A stretch of 64,000 nucleotides of DNA. Origin: a virus (taxonomy: Duplodnaviria; Caudoviricetes). Of this stretch, positions 9,923-19,565 are shown piece after piece (within the stretch, counting starts at the first letter, position 1; each line of letters opens with the position of its first letter). The stretch covers positions 1 to 64,000 of the IMG/VR virus record IMGVR_UViG_3300017913_001553. One strand, written 5' to 3'. The translations under genes and the position numbers were made by a program. The notes below the pieces were generated by a model. That model was not told the DNA's origin. It was given only the letters and a program-made list of their open reading frames with translations, and searched no databases.

Positions 9923-12900
9923 ATGGCACAAATTCCTGGCGCAGTAAATTTAACAGGTATGATAGCACCTACGGATTCGCAAGATGTATATCCAACCCAC
10001 TCCAGTGAATATGGATTGGGCGGTTACAGAGAAGTAGTAGATCAGACAGAACGTGATTCTATACCCCTTCAACGTAGAACGTATGGAATGATGGTATTTC
10101 AACAAAGTGACGGAAAGATTTATCAACTTGGCAGTGGACTTACAAATTCGGATTGGAGTGAGTTTGTATTAACATCAACAACAGATGATCTAGTAGAAGG
10201 TTCAACTAATCTTTACTATACAGATGCGCGTGTGCAAACAGTTATAGATAATAATACATCAGGATTTTTAACTTCTTATACAGAAACAGACCCCATCTTT
10301 AGTGCAAGCGATGCGGCAAGTATTACTTCGACTGATATATCAAATTGGAAAACAGCACATGGATGGGGAGATCATGGGGTAGAGGGATATGCTACAGAAA
10401 CATATGTCAATACGCAAGTTGCTAATTTAGTTGATACTGCACCAGCAGCACTAGATACCTTAAATGAACTAGCAGCAGCACTTGGCGATGACCCTAATTT
10501 TGCCACAACTGTAACAAATAATATTGCTACAAAAGTAAGTAAATCTGGTGATACTATGACAGGTCCTTTGGTTCTTAGTGGACCACCCACACTTGGTTCA
10601 CATGCGATTACGAAGGATTATGTAGATTCTGCTGTTAATAGTGTCTCTAGTACAGTTAATTCTCTTGTAACAGATGATATTTCAGAAGGATCAATTAATT
10701 TATGGTATACAGATGCCAGAGTTGATGCACGAATTCCAACAAAACTTTCAGATTTTACAAACGATGTTGGTTACTTGACAAGTGAAACTGATAGTCAAAC
10801 ACTAACATTCAATAGTCCTAATTTGACCATCAGTAATGGCAACAGCGTAGATTTATCAGCATTGTTGGACGATACAAATACAACGTATAGTGCAGGTAGT
10901 GGTCTTAATTTAACTGGAACTGAATTTAGTATTGATAATACAGTAGCATTAAAAACTGAATTATTCAGTGGAGATTACTCAGATTTAACAAATATTCCAA
11001 GTGATCTAGTGACAGTCTTTGATTTGGAGCAATATCTTGGAGATAGTTCTATTGATGGTACAATTGGAAATACAGTAATTTCTAGAATTAATAGATCATT
11101 GGACTATGCTAAAGATTATACAGATGATGAAATTGCAGCAATCGTAATACCAACAAACATTAGTTCATTTACAAATGACAGTGGATATATTACAGGATAT
11201 ACAGAAACTGACCCAACTGTTCCTTCTCATGTAAAATCGATAACAACTACTGAAAAGTCTAATTGGAATACGGCATTTGGATGGGGAGATCACTCAACCC
11301 AAGGTTATCTAACAAGTGAAACTGATCCTATCTTTGCAGCAAGTGATGCTGCGAGTATTACTTCTATTGATATTGGAAATTGGAATACTGCGTATGGATG
11401 GGGAGATCATAGTGTAGAAGGATATGCTACTGAAACATATGTTAATACAGCGGTAGCAAATGTTATTGATACTGCGCCCACTACATTGGATACCTTAAAT
11501 GAATTGGCAGCAGCACTTGGTGATGACCCTAACTTTGCTACAACCATTACTAATGCTATTGCCACAAAAGCAGATTCTGTAGATTTAAATACAAAAGTTT
11601 CTAAATCTGGCGATACAATGACAGGTGGACTTACTTTTGGTAATAATAACAAACTTACACTTGGTGGATTTAATGCATTACAATTGTATGCTACAGGAAC
11701 CAACAGTTTAGTTTTTAACAATATTGGTGATCTTTATTTCTATAATAATGTTGATGATCGTAGTATTATTTTTAGAACAGATAATGGTAGTGGTGGGACA
11801 GCAAACTATATTATTGCTAATGGCGCAACTGGTAGTGTTGAACTTACACATTATGGCACAGAAAAATTTAAAACTACATCTAGTGGTGGCGAATTGTCTG
11901 GAAACTTAGTATTATCGGCAGCACCCACAGCGAATGATCACGCAGTTAGAAAAGATTATGTAGATAACGCATTAAGTAGTGTAAGCACAGCGGTTGGAAA
12001 TCTAGATACAGATGATGTTCCAGAAGGAACAAGTAATCTATATTATACAGATGAACGTTCAAGAGAATCAATTTCGGTTAGTGGGTCTCTAGGATATAAC
12101 AGTAATACTGGTGTTATATCATATACTCAACCAACAAATGTGAGCGCATTTACAAATGACAGTGGATACTTAACATCTTATACAGAAACAGACCCAACTG
12201 TTCCTTCTCATGTAAAATCGATAACAACTACTGAAAAGTCTAATTGGAATACGGCATTTGGATGGGGAGATCACTCAACCCAAGGATACTTAACATCTTA
12301 TACAGAAACAGACCCTATTTTTACAGCAAGTGATGCTGCGAGTATTACTTCTATTGATATTGGAAATTGGAATACTGCGTATGGATGGGGAGATCATTCA
12401 ACTCAAGGATACTTAACATCTTATACAGAAACAGACCCAACTGTTCCTTCTCATGTAAAATCGATAACAACTACTGAAAAGTCTAATTGGAATACGGCAT
12501 TTGGATGGGGAGATCACTCAACCCAAGGATATCTAACAAGTGAAACTGATAGTCAAACACTAACATTTAATAGTCCAAACCTGAGTATTAGTAATGGTAA
12601 CACTGTTGATCTATCAGCACTATTAGACGATACGGATACAAATACATACCTACAATCACTTGGTTTTAATCTACAAAATGGCGTATTAACAGCAACATTA
12701 AATGATTCTTCGACTGTAACAGTTGATCTAGATGGTAGATATTCAACAACAGACACAACATATTCCCAAGCAACAAGCACAACACTTGGATTGGTAAAAG
12801 TTGGATATTCTGAAAATGGTAAAAATTATCCAGTAGAACTTTCAAACGGTCAAATGTTTGTAAATGTTCCTTGGACTGATACAAATACTGATACAGACAA

Positions 12901-14041
12901 CTATGTAGATAGTGTTGCGTTCAATACAACCAATGGTATTCTTACATTAGGAAGAACAGGCGCATTAGCAAACTTAACAGTTGATTTAGACGGAAGATAC
13001 TCTACAACAGACACAAATACAACGTATAGTGCAGGTAGTGGTCTTAATTTAACTGGAACTGAATTTAGTATTGATAATACAGTAGCATTAAAAACTGAAT
13101 TATTCAGTGGAGATTACTCAGATTTAACTAATAAACCTACTATTCCAACAATACCAACAAATGTTAGTTCATTTACAAATGACGCTGGATATTTAACATC
13201 TCATCAATCACTAACAAATTATGCTACAAAAACATATGCAGATAACGCAGCAGCGGATGCGGTTGCGAACATAGTTGATACTGCACCAGCAGCACTAGAT
13301 ACACTAAACGAACTAGCAGCAGCACTTGGTGATGACCCTAACTTTGCTACGACTGTATCTACGGATATAGGCACAAAAGTATCAAAAACGTCAGCACAAG
13401 CATTACGCGCAACTAATGCGCTAACAGTATCAAATGATACGATCACAATCCACAAAGGTGATGGTACATCAGAATCTGTATCGATTTCGGATGCTAACAC
13501 ATGGAGACCAATTCATGATACACCTGTAAATGGTGCTACGACAACATCAATTTCATCAAATTGGGCATTTGATAATGTTAAAACAGCAGTTCCATCAGGA
13601 GCAGTGTTTACAGATACAAATACAACATATACTGCTGGAAATGGATTACAACTTGTTGGCACAGAATTTAGTATGAGCGGAAGTTATTCTGGAACTTTCA
13701 CAGCATCTGGAGATATCTGTGCGTATGGTACAGTTTCTGATAGACGACAAAAAGAAAATGTGATAAAATTAGAAAACGCACTAGACAAAGTGAATCAGTT
13801 AAACGGTTATACCTTTAATTATATTGGCAAAGAAGATCGCATGACTGGTGTAATGGCACAAGAAGTAGCAGAAGTATTGCCAGAGGCAGTATTTGAAACA
13901 AAAGCATTTGGTGCTGAAGAATCAACTATGGCAGTTCGTCATGGTAATATGGTTGGTTTATTGATTGAAGCAATTAAAGAACTAACTGAACAAAATCGTC
14001 AAATGGCAGAAGAAATAAAACAGTTAAAAAATAAACCATAG
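9923..14041 (+). CDS. Long tail fibre with internal repeats and C-terminal peptidase S74 chaperone
   Basis: 1372 aa. Three DTAPxxLDTLNELAAALGDDPNFATT motifs, six TETDP...NWxTAxGWGDH repeats, and the S74 signature SDRRQKENV...GYTF...GVMAQEV...LLIEAIKEL. Confidence 0.85.
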   Translation: MAQIPGAVNLTGMIAPTDSQDVYPTHSSEYGLGGYREVVDQTERDSIPLQRRTYGMMVFQQSDGKIYQLGSGLTNSDWSEFVLTSTTDDLVEGSTNLYYTDARVQTVIDNNTSGFLTSYTETDPIFSASDAASITSTDISNWKTAHGWGDHGVEGYATETYVNTQVANLVDTAPAALDTLNELAAALGDDPNFATTVTNNIATKVSKSGDTMTGPLVLSGPPTLGSHAITKDYVDSAVNSVSSTVNSLVTDDISEGSINLWYTDARVDARIPTKLSDFTNDVGYLTSETDSQTLTFNSPNLTISNGNSVDLSALLDDTNTTYSAGSGLNLTGTEFSIDNTVALKTELFSGDYSDLTNIPSDLVTVFDLEQYLGDSSIDGTIGNTVISRINRSLDYAKDYTDDEIAAIVIPTNISSFTNDSGYITGYTETDPTVPSHVKSITTTEKSNWNTAFGWGDHSTQGYLTSETDPIFAASDAASITSIDIGNWNTAYGWGDHSVEGYATETYVNTAVANVIDTAPTTLDTLNELAAALGDDPNFATTITNAIATKADSVDLNTKVSKSGDTMTGGLTFGNNNKLTLGGFNALQLYATGTNSLVFNNIGDLYFYNNVDDRSIIFRTDNGSGGTANYIIANGATGSVELTHYGTEKFKTTSSGGELSGNLVLSAAPTANDHAVRKDYVDNALSSVSTAVGNLDTDDVPEGTSNLYYTDERSRESISVSGSLGYNSNTGVISYTQPTNVSAFTNDSGYLTSYTETDPTVPSHVKSITTTEKSNWNTAFGWGDHSTQGYLTSYTETDPIFTASDAASITSIDIGNWNTAYGWGDHSTQGYLTSYTETDPTVPSHVKSITTTEKSNWNTAFGWGDHSTQGYLTSETDSQTLTFNSPNLSISNGNTVDLSALLDDTDTNTYLQSLGFNLQNGVLTATLNDSSTVTVDLDGRYSTTDTTYSQATSTTLGLVKVGYSENGKNYPVELSNGQMFVNVPWTDTNTDTDNYVDSVAFNTTNGILTLGRTGALANLTVDLDGRYSTTDTNTTYSAGSGLNLTGTEFSIDNTVALKTELFSGDYSDLTNKPTIPTIPTNVSSFTNDAGYLTSHQSLTNYATKTYADNAAADAVANIVDTAPAALDTLNELAAALGDDPNFATTVSTDIGTKVSKTSAQALRATNALTVSNDTITIHKGDGTSESVSISDANTWRPIHDTPVNGATTTSISSNWAFDNVKTAVPSGAVFTDTNTTYTAGNGLQLVGTEFSMSGSYSGTFTASGDICAYGTVSDRRQKENVIKLENALDKVNQLNGYTFNYIGKEDRMTGVMAQEVAEVLPEAVFETKAFGAEESTMAVRHGNMVGLLIEAIKELTEQNRQMAEEIKQLKNKP
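10874..13128 (+). repeat. 116-bp exact direct repeat (10874-10989 and 13013-13128)
   Basis: acaaatacaacgtatagtgcaggtagtgg...ggagattactcagatttaac present twice. Confidence 0.9.
11210..12528 (+). repeat. 95-bp repeat x3 (11210-11304, 12191-12285, 12434-12528) interleaved with a 72-bp repeat x2 (11339-11410, 12326-12397)
   Basis: gacccaactgttccttctcatg...cactcaacccaagg and gcaagtgatgctgcgagt...ggggagatcat appear identical between copies by eye. Confidence 0.9.
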
Positions 14042-14128
14042 CGTTAAGTAAAGATACTTTTACGATAAATAAATGAGTAAGGAAAAAACCTTGCTATTAA
14101 CGTTAATAAAAATAAGGAGTTCCATAAC

Positions 14129-14311
14129 ATGGCATTACCAGCAACCGGGTCGTATATTACGATGGGTACAGTACGTAACTATTTTGGTCTATCAGGCACA
14201 ATTTGTCTATCAACACTAGGTTCGTATATTTCACCATCAGTGACATCAAATATTAAACTTTCTGCAACTTTCGGCGGTTGGCAGAATCCTAACTCAACAG
14301 GTGCATCATAA
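14129..14311 (+). CDS. Small fibre-associated protein
   Basis: 60 aa, MALPATGSYITMGTVRNYFG. This type of N-terminus commonly follows S74-capped fibre genes. GGAG SD and late promoter present. Confidence 0.55.
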   Translation: MALPATGSYITMGTVRNYFGLSGTICLSTLGSYISPSVTSNIKLSATFGGWQNPNSTGAS

Positions 14312-14429
14312 GCATAAATGAGTAAAAATAAATAATAGGTGTTGTTGATTTTTCTTGACAACACCTAATATTTAACTATTATAAAATTTAATTAAAAACT
14401 TAATGTAAACTCAAACACAGGAGAAAACT

Positions 14430-14846
14430 ATGAGTATCAGAACACGATTTGAAATTGAAACATTTCTTTTGGGATCACACCCAACAGCAGCACGTCAAGC
14501 ACAGCAACTAGTAACAGAACTAGAACAGGCACGTGCACAAAACCACCCAGACCTTCCAATTCTAGAAGCAGTATATAATGATTTTGCAGCAGCAAATGAT
14601 GTAGAAGCACTTCTAGGTAGTATTGAAGATAGTGAAGAAGAGTATTGGGTAAAGCGTCTTTCACGCCTAGCAGCAATCGATATCCTTACAATTGGTAAAG
14701 TACAACCAGAGCATATGAACTATATGGCATCACTAAATGATGATGCATTCGCAGCATGTGTAAAGGGTGCGGCAGCATTGGCAAAAACATTGAATGATCA
14801 AGTTCGTGAAATCGAAGCAGAATTGGATCAAGATTTAGCAGACTAA
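14430..14846 (+). CDS. Hypothetical protein
   Basis: 138 aa helical ORF with strong GGAG SD and biased codon usage. Confidence 0.6.
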   Translation: MSIRTRFEIETFLLGSHPTAARQAQQLVTELEQARAQNHPDLPILEAVYNDFAAANDVEALLGSIEDSEEEYWVKRLSRLAAIDILTIGKVQPEHMNYMASLNDDAFAACVKGAAALAKTLNDQVREIEAELDQDLAD

Positions 14847-14853
14847 TTTTGAA

Positions 14854-15501
14854 ATGGTTTCAATACCAACATACTATCACAAAGTTAAGAAAAATGCTGT
14901 AATAGCAATATGCGTTCCTGTGCGAGATATTGTTACCGCATCATTTTCCTATAGTCTCGCCATGCTCATGAAGAAATGTGGCGAGACTGGTAGGAAAGTG
15001 ACATTACATATGGTAATGGGTAGCGAGATATCGTCACAAAGACAGCAGTTGGTAGAACAAGCACTAGAAACAAATGCCACACATATCTTATGGTTAGATA
15101 GTGACATGAAATTTCCTATAGATATAATAGATAGATTATTATCACATGATAAAGATATTATCGCATGTAACTATAGCACACGTGTTCCACCTCACCGTCC
15201 AGTAGCATTCACTTCTAGTATTGATATGGACGCAAGACTTAACAAAAAAGATGGAACATCCCAAGTTTTTGCCGTTGGTATGGGATGTATGTTAGTAAAT
15301 ATAGATGTATATAAAAACATTTCAAGACCTTTTTTTAGTGTAAGTTGGAATGACGACTACACAAGTTTAGAAGGCGAAGATTTATATTTTTGTAAAAAAG
15401 CAAGCAAAAATAATTATAATATATGGATTGACAATGAAGCAAGTCAATTGGTAGCGCATGTAGGAACACATGCGTATACATTAAAAGGAGATTGTATATG
15501 A
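14854..15501 (+). CDS. GT-A fold (GT2-like) glycosyltransferase
   Basis: IAICVP start, RQQLVEQAL helix, ILWLDSDMKFP DxD motif, GMGCMLV, GEDLYFC, HVG. Confidence 0.75.
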   Translation: MVSIPTYYHKVKKNAVIAICVPVRDIVTASFSYSLAMLMKKCGETGRKVTLHMVMGSEISSQRQQLVEQALETNATHILWLDSDMKFPIDIIDRLLSHDKDIIACNYSTRVPPHRPVAFTSSIDMDARLNKKDGTSQVFAVGMGCMLVNIDVYKNISRPFFSVSWNDDYTSLEGEDLYFCKKASKNNYNIWIDNEASQLVAHVGTHAYTLKGDCI

Positions 15502-16595
15502 TAGAAATTTCAAGTTCAGAATTGCTATCTTTTAAAGGACAGAGTGTAATTACTCCATGGGATAGATTGAAAAAGCATATTTTTCAAGAATACCCACGTT
15601 GTACAATTGATCCTAGTGAAGTAAAAACAGAAGATGATTATCTAAGAATTGCTAGTGATTATAGTGACAAAGATGATATGGTATGGATTGTTAAGTCTGA
15701 TGCCAAAGTTCGTGAAGATTTCCCTTGGCACTTTAGACCAAGTGATCTTGGTAGAAACTTTATTCACTATTTTCCAAAAACAACAAAAAGATCAAAGCGT
15801 GTTATCGAATGGGGTGATGTTACTCTGGTACCAACAGGTGGTGTTCATCATGGTACGTTTGAGAATAAAATTATTTCAGCATATCATGAGGCAGATTTTG
15901 ATATTGTTATGATTAGTTTCCACGAACAGGAAGCAGATGAAAAATTCTTAGCACTAAAAGAGCGTTTTCCAGATATTAAGCATGTTAAAAATGTTAAAGG
16001 TATTGCAGCAGCACATAAAAAGGCAGCACAAATCGCAGAAACAGATATGGTTTGGATTGTAGACGCAGACACTGACGTTCTAGATTCTTTTAAGTTCGAT
16101 TATTCACCACCATTGGCAAACAGAAAGAATACAACATATACTTGGTTTGCTAGAAATCCTATCAACGATTTGGAATACGGTTATGGTGGTATCAAATTAT
16201 TCCCACGTGATCAATTATTAGAAATGGGACATGAATTACCAGACTTCTCTACAGGATCAGCATTTTATCAACCAGTAAAAGATGTAGCAAGTGTTACAGC
16301 ATTCAATAAGGACCCATTCCGCACATGGCGTAGTGCGTTCCGTGAATGTGTTAAACTTTCAAGTGGTATTAACCCAAATAATCCTGTTGATGAAACAGTA
16401 GAAAGATTAGAAGCATGGTGTACAGTAGACAACGGTGCACGTTTTGGTCGTTATTGTATCAAGGGTGCTTTAGAAGGAAAAGCATACGGTGAAGAAAACA
16501 AAGACGATGTTACCGCACTGAATAAAATCAATGATTTTGAGTGGTTGCGCCAGAGATTTGTTGAAAGTATGCGCAATAATCAAATTAAACCTTGA
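15498..16595 (+). CDS. Glycosyltransferase-like protein with internal domain duplication
   Basis: C-terminal domain has VMISFHE...VKGIAAAHKKAA...WIVDADTDV (DxD); N-terminal degenerate copy WIVKSDAKV. ATGA overlap with the upstream GT. Confidence 0.6.
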   Translation: MIEISSSELLSFKGQSVITPWDRLKKHIFQEYPRCTIDPSEVKTEDDYLRIASDYSDKDDMVWIVKSDAKVREDFPWHFRPSDLGRNFIHYFPKTTKRSKRVIEWGDVTLVPTGGVHHGTFENKIISAYHEADFDIVMISFHEQEADEKFLALKERFPDIKHVKNVKGIAAAHKKAAQIAETDMVWIVDADTDVLDSFKFDYSPPLANRKNTTYTWFARNPINDLEYGYGGIKLFPRDQLLEMGHELPDFSTGSAFYQPVKDVASVTAFNKDPFRTWRSAFRECVKLSSGINPNNPVDETVERLEAWCTVDNGARFGRYCIKGALEGKAYGEENKDDVTALNKINDFEWLRQRFVESMRNNQIKP

Positions 16596-17048
16596 TTATA
16601 AAGTATCTAACCAATTAGAGCCATCCATGGAACAATTTTCATGGATGGTTTTTATTTTTTTAATTACATCTTTTTTCATAAGTTGTGCTTTCACGCCCGG
16701 ATGTAATGGTCTAGGCCAATTTCCTAGTTTAACCCACGCATATCCATCACTTTCATTATTTAAAACTGGTATAAATTCTTGATATACAGTTACTACAAAT
16801 GATGTATATACAAACTTTTTGTCTGGACTTGTAAATGAATCGAGTGGATATATTTTCTCTACACTTGGAATCATTCCAATTTCTTCATCTAACTCACGAA
16901 GTAGAGTTTCAATAGGACGCTCTTTTTTTTCTGCTTTTCCACCAAAATATCCCCATGTTCTAGGGTGTGGACTATCACTACTTCTTTGTTGTAATAAAAC
17001 TCTTCCAGTATCAACTGCCAAAAAGATACAACCGCTTGCTTGTATCAT
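16596..17048 (-). CDS. NUDIX hydrolase
   Basis: Nudix box GGKAEKKERPIETLLRELDEEIG. Start ATG 17048 overlaps the upstream TAA (TAATG). Confidence 0.9.
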   Translation of the reverse strand: MIQASGCIFLAVDTGRVLLQQRSSDSPHPRTWGYFGGKAEKKERPIETLLRELDEEIGMIPSVEKIYPLDSFTSPDKKFVYTSFVVTVYQEFIPVLNNESDGYAWVKLGNWPRPLHPGVKAQLMKKDVIKKIKTIHENCSMDGSNWLDTL

Positions 17049-18394
17049 TATAAGTACAATCTCCAAAAACCAGGATTGTATATACCTTCGTGACTGTTAA
17101 CCCAATCTGATCCTGTCCATTCCAATTGATCATCACTTTTTAAATTGTGGACATATTCCTTTGTGGGTACAGATTTACTATCAAAGACTACGTTCCATCC
17201 ACTTCCATTGTATTCAATAATGTCGTTTTTATTTGCGACAACTCCCCACGTAGAAGGTGAATCACTCATAAGTAACCATCTATCGCCAAGTGTTGCATTT
17301 GGAACACTACCATCTCCTGGGTAGTTGTTTTGTGGATTAACTACACCATTGATTGGTTGTAGTGTATTGGATGGTAAAGTATCAACATCAACATCTACGA
17401 TAAGTGCGTTTTCATTATTATCGTCAATCATTAGTCTACCAATAACATCATGGTCAAGTGATCCTGGATTATTTGACTTTCTTAAACGTATTTGACTGAT
17501 GCCATCACGTAGTTCGCCAAACTTTTCAAGATGCTTTTGCCATTTTAATAGGTTACCGTCACTATCATAATTACTCCCAACACTACTTAATAGATATGCT
17601 TTTCCATTTTCATATTTTAGTTTCATATCTTCAAATGTTGTAATGATATAATTTACATTTTCAACATTTAGCGGTAATCCTTCTAAACTTTCAAGTTCAT
17701 CACCTGACATTGTTTCTAGTTGATTGATAATTGTATGAATAATACGCTGTTGTTTTACTTTTGCTGGTGGTGTAATTAAAATAGGAATCGTGAAAGTGAG
17801 TGTAGATACATCTATAATATCATCAATACTACTTTGTACGCTTCTACTACTCCAAATACTATTTGTCATTTCTACGTATCCAAAAGCAGTCCAATCAAAC
17901 GCATTACTACTTGTTCTGATGTTTAGTGTAGGATTGAAAAGAACCATAATTTGCTCTAGTAGTTGTAATTTCTGATCTGTGTTTGAAGTCCAAATATCAC
18001 AGTTCATTACTAGATTGTATGGAACAGGCATATGACGCTCAATGGTGTATGTATTTCCAACTTCATTTAAGTATTCGCCAGTATTGTCGTCATATTTCTT
18101 TTCACGAACTTGAACTTTATCAACGTGTGTTTGATCAACACGTCTTTCTGGTGCCATATTAAGATCAGTTACATAACAACTGATAAAAGGAACAGTGTTT
18201 ACGATATTCTCACTATTTTCACGTGTAATATGTGCTGCCATACGATTGATATCACCATATCTTACAGGAACTTGTTGGAACAATGGCAGTTTATCATCAG
18301 TATATCCCATTTGTACACTAAATCCACCGAATAGACGGATAAATTGTTGAATATATCTTCTGATTTGTTTATCATAAAAAAATTGTTGTGCCAT
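17048..18394 (-). CDS. Tail terminator / sheath stabiliser, T4 gp15-like, with C-terminal extension
   Basis: FFYDKQIRRYIQQFIRLF...VPVRYG...PVPYNLVMNCDIWT...LQLLEQIMVLFNPT matches the gp15 pattern. Confidence 0.7.
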   Translation of the reverse strand: MAQQFFYDKQIRRYIQQFIRLFGGFSVQMGYTDDKLPLFQQVPVRYGDINRMAAHITRENSENIVNTVPFISCYVTDLNMAPERRVDQTHVDKVQVREKKYDDNTGEYLNEVGNTYTIERHMPVPYNLVMNCDIWTSNTDQKLQLLEQIMVLFNPTLNIRTSSNAFDWTAFGYVEMTNSIWSSRSVQSSIDDIIDVSTLTFTIPILITPPAKVKQQRIIHTIINQLETMSGDELESLEGLPLNVENVNYIITTFEDMKLKYENGKAYLLSSVGSNYDSDGNLLKWQKHLEKFGELRDGISQIRLRKSNNPGSLDHDVIGRLMIDDNNENALIVDVDVDTLPSNTLQPINGVVNPQNNYPGDGSVPNATLGDRWLLMSDSPSTWGVVANKNDIIEYNGSGWNVVFDSKSVPTKEYVHNLKSDDQLEWTGSDWVNSHEGIYNPGFWRLYL

Positions 18395-19461
18395 TATTCA
18401 AAATCACTCTTTGGTTTGATAACTTGTGACAATGGTTGGCGTTCTGGGAATTCTTGATTGTCAATAACTGTTGTATTTTCGTTATTTACAAACTGACCAG
18501 CATTGTATGTTTTGTCTGCCCATTCATTGTTTTCAATATTATCGTATAATCTATGCCAACGTGAACCACGAAATACAAAAAGTCTATTTGGGTTAAAATC
18601 TGTTCTTACAAAATATGTACCGTCATTTGGTTGTTGTGGGAATTGATCACCACTTTCTAGTGTTTCACCATGGTCATATTCTTCTTTGGGTGTATCTTCC
18701 CCAAAAAGATGATCTATAAGTGGAATTCCTAGTGGATCATTATCTTCTGCACTTTTGATAATCGCATTTGAAATGTCCATTTCTGTTCTGTAAGAACTAA
18801 TATCATTTTTAAGTGAATTTTCATCACTTGCTGTACCTAAAATATCTGCGTATTCTTGTGTATCTGTTAGTGGTGCTACTTTTACTCTCCAAATATGAGG
18901 ATACCATGTTTGTGAGAAACCTTCACTGCCCCTAGCAGCATCTTGAACAACATAAAATTTGTTTACGGCATCTCTTTCTGCATTTAGTAGTAGTTCATCT
19001 CTTAAATGTGGTAATTCAAGTACATCACCTGGCATTAGTTTTCTATTTAATCTCTCTACCATATCATTGATATGGAATGTAATGAATAGTGTATCATTTG
19101 TAAGAAATAGACCAAACTGTGTTAGGTCAAAATCATTGTCACTTACATTGTATACACCACGTAATTCATATACATCGCTATCGTATTTACGATCACGATT
19201 TTCCATAAACAATAAGTCTTGGATTTTCGTTTCGTCGATCAGTGAATCAGGATTAATTTCTTCGCCTGATACAAAATCTGTTTGTTGACCACTGCCATAG
19301 TTAGGTTCACTTGCGTCTCCACTATCTACAATCGACTTTGGACCGATATATTTGTGTACATGGACTGCGGTTCCACCAATAAGAAACTGTTCACGAATAT
19401 TCCTATCCATGAATTTGTAATCATTTCCTTTGTTTGGTTTGTATAAACTTAATCTTGGCAT
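18394..19461 (-). CDS. Neck/head-closure protein, T4 gp14-like (putative)
   Basis: Start MPRLSLYKP at 19461 behind a CTAAATA late promoter; KLMPGDVLELPHL...FYVVQ...WRVK barrel; adjacent to the gp15-like gene. Confidence 0.5.
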   Translation of the reverse strand: MPRLSLYKPNKGNDYKFMDRNIREQFLIGGTAVHVHKYIGPKSIVDSGDASEPNYGSGQQTDFVSGEEINPDSLIDETKIQDLLFMENRDRKYDSDVYELRGVYNVSDNDFDLTQFGLFLTNDTLFITFHINDMVERLNRKLMPGDVLELPHLRDELLLNAERDAVNKFYVVQDAARGSEGFSQTWYPHIWRVKVAPLTDTQEYADILGTASDENSLKNDISSYRTEMDISNAIIKSAEDNDPLGIPLIDHLFGEDTPKEEYDHGETLESGDQFPQQPNDGTYFVRTDFNPNRLFVFRGSRWHRLYDNIENNEWADKTYNAGQFVNNENTTVIDNQEFPERQPLSQVIKPKSDFE

Positions 19462-19504
19462 AAAAAACCCCTTTATTGTAGTATTTAGTCTAAAAACAAA
19501 GGAT

Positions 19505-19533
19505 TTGACAAATAGTTTGATATATAATACTAT
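19505..19533 (+). promoter_or_regulatory. Sigma70-type early/middle promoter
   Basis: TTGACA-N17-TACTAT. Confidence 0.8.
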
Positions 19534-19565
19534 CAAAATGGAAAAAACGAATCAGAGGTACGAGA

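Noticed and set aside
10780-13130. Repeats as a diversity-generating retroelement (TR/VR) or a CRISPR array
   Set aside because: The copies are in-frame and identical, with no adenine-specific differences. There is no reverse transcriptase or cas gene, and no repeat-spacer periodicity.
364-13500. Numerous minus-strand ORFs (60-180 aa) antisense to the fibre genes
   Set aside because: They are shadow ORFs produced by the GCA/ACA/TCA codon bias on the plus strand; they are Ala/Ser-rich with no SD or motifs.
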